Source: Promethearchaeia archaeon (lineage in GTDB: Archaea; Asgardarchaeota; Lokiarchaeia; Sigyniarchaeales; SOKP01). From it: DNA of 47,129 bases. The notes below the pieces were generated by a model. It did no database searches. It saw only the letters and a program-made list of their open reading frames with translations, and was not told where the DNA came from. The stretch is from positions 1 through 47,129 of the forward strand of contig JAHQWJ010000034.1 of the NCBI GenBank assembly GCA_029856125.1. Direction: 5' to 3'. Of the stretch, positions 46,871-47,129 are shown piece by piece. Numbering within the stretch: position 1 is the first letter of the stretch; each line of letters begins with the position of its first letter. The position numbers were made by a program, and so were the translations under genes.

Positions 46871-47129
46871 ACTTTGTTATATATCTCTCTTTGAATTTTA
46901 ACCATAGTTCTTCGCTAATTTTTAGGATATCCTTGTAACCTCTTACTAATTGTGTCAAATCACCGGGTATATTTCCTTTACCGAAGTAAGCCCCTGCTAA
47001 ACTACCTCCTATAGCCCCCACAGTATCACTATCACCGCCAGCGGTGGCTAATTGGAAAATACACTCTTCAAATGAATGCAAATATTTTAAAAAGATGAAG
47101 ATTGCGCAGGCCACCGTGCTCAGAGTATA
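46851..47129 (-). CDS. ADP-ribosylglycohydrolase family protein, C-terminal part (runs off window edge)
   Basis: GGDSDTVGAIGGSLAGAYFG...IP; frame open to 47129. Confidence 0.88.
   Translation of the reverse strand, partial: YTLSTVACAIFIFLKYLHSFEECIFQLATAGGDSDTVGAIGGSLAGAYFGKGNIPGDLTQLVRGYKDILKISEELWLKFKERYITKSTLNYL

Noticed and set aside
1-47129. CRISPR arrays, IS elements, prophage or tRNA-anchored integrated element
   Set aside because: No regularly spaced repeats, transposase, integrase or phage genes, and I saw no duplicate of the tRNA-Pro 3' end

Overview
AT-rich (roughly 30% GC by eye), gene-dense chromosomal segment, most likely from an Asgard archaeon (Lokiarchaeia-like). The basis is archaeal housekeeping genes (GlyA, TrmI, TrpRS, thermosome, Cdc48, archaemetzincin, tRNA-Pro) together with three small GTPases, one of them a Rag-like GTPase-roadblock fusion. 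No CRISPR array, transposase, integrase or rRNA was seen. The centrepiece is an energy/C1 locus of about 10 kb: an F420-binding FrhB-family gene is divergent from a tightly coupled operon hdrA'-hdrA''-mvhD(+wHTH)-[hdrA-hdrA-mvhD fusion]-metV-metF-lrp. The operon holds four HdrA flavin modules but no HdrBC and no hydrogenase, so it is a candidate F420-linked electron-bifurcating methylene-tetrahydrofolate/pterin reductase. A second metVF pair lies about 6 kb downstream, and both promoter regions share a GATTATAATC palindrome. Other notable signals: (1) two Fe-S genes (mvhD, fwdF-like) apparently need ATA/ATT start codons, and mvhD sits in frame one TAA behind hdrA, gap-free with the fused paralogue; (2) an hsp20-cdc48-Phr/HSR1-type heat-shock operon has a perfect TTGTCAAC-N5-GTTGACAA operator candidate; (3) a small GTPase-wHTH carries a natural switch-II Gln-to-Leu change; (4) an ORF is interrupted by TGA at an apparent Trp position. 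All functional calls come from motif recognition only; no searches were run.
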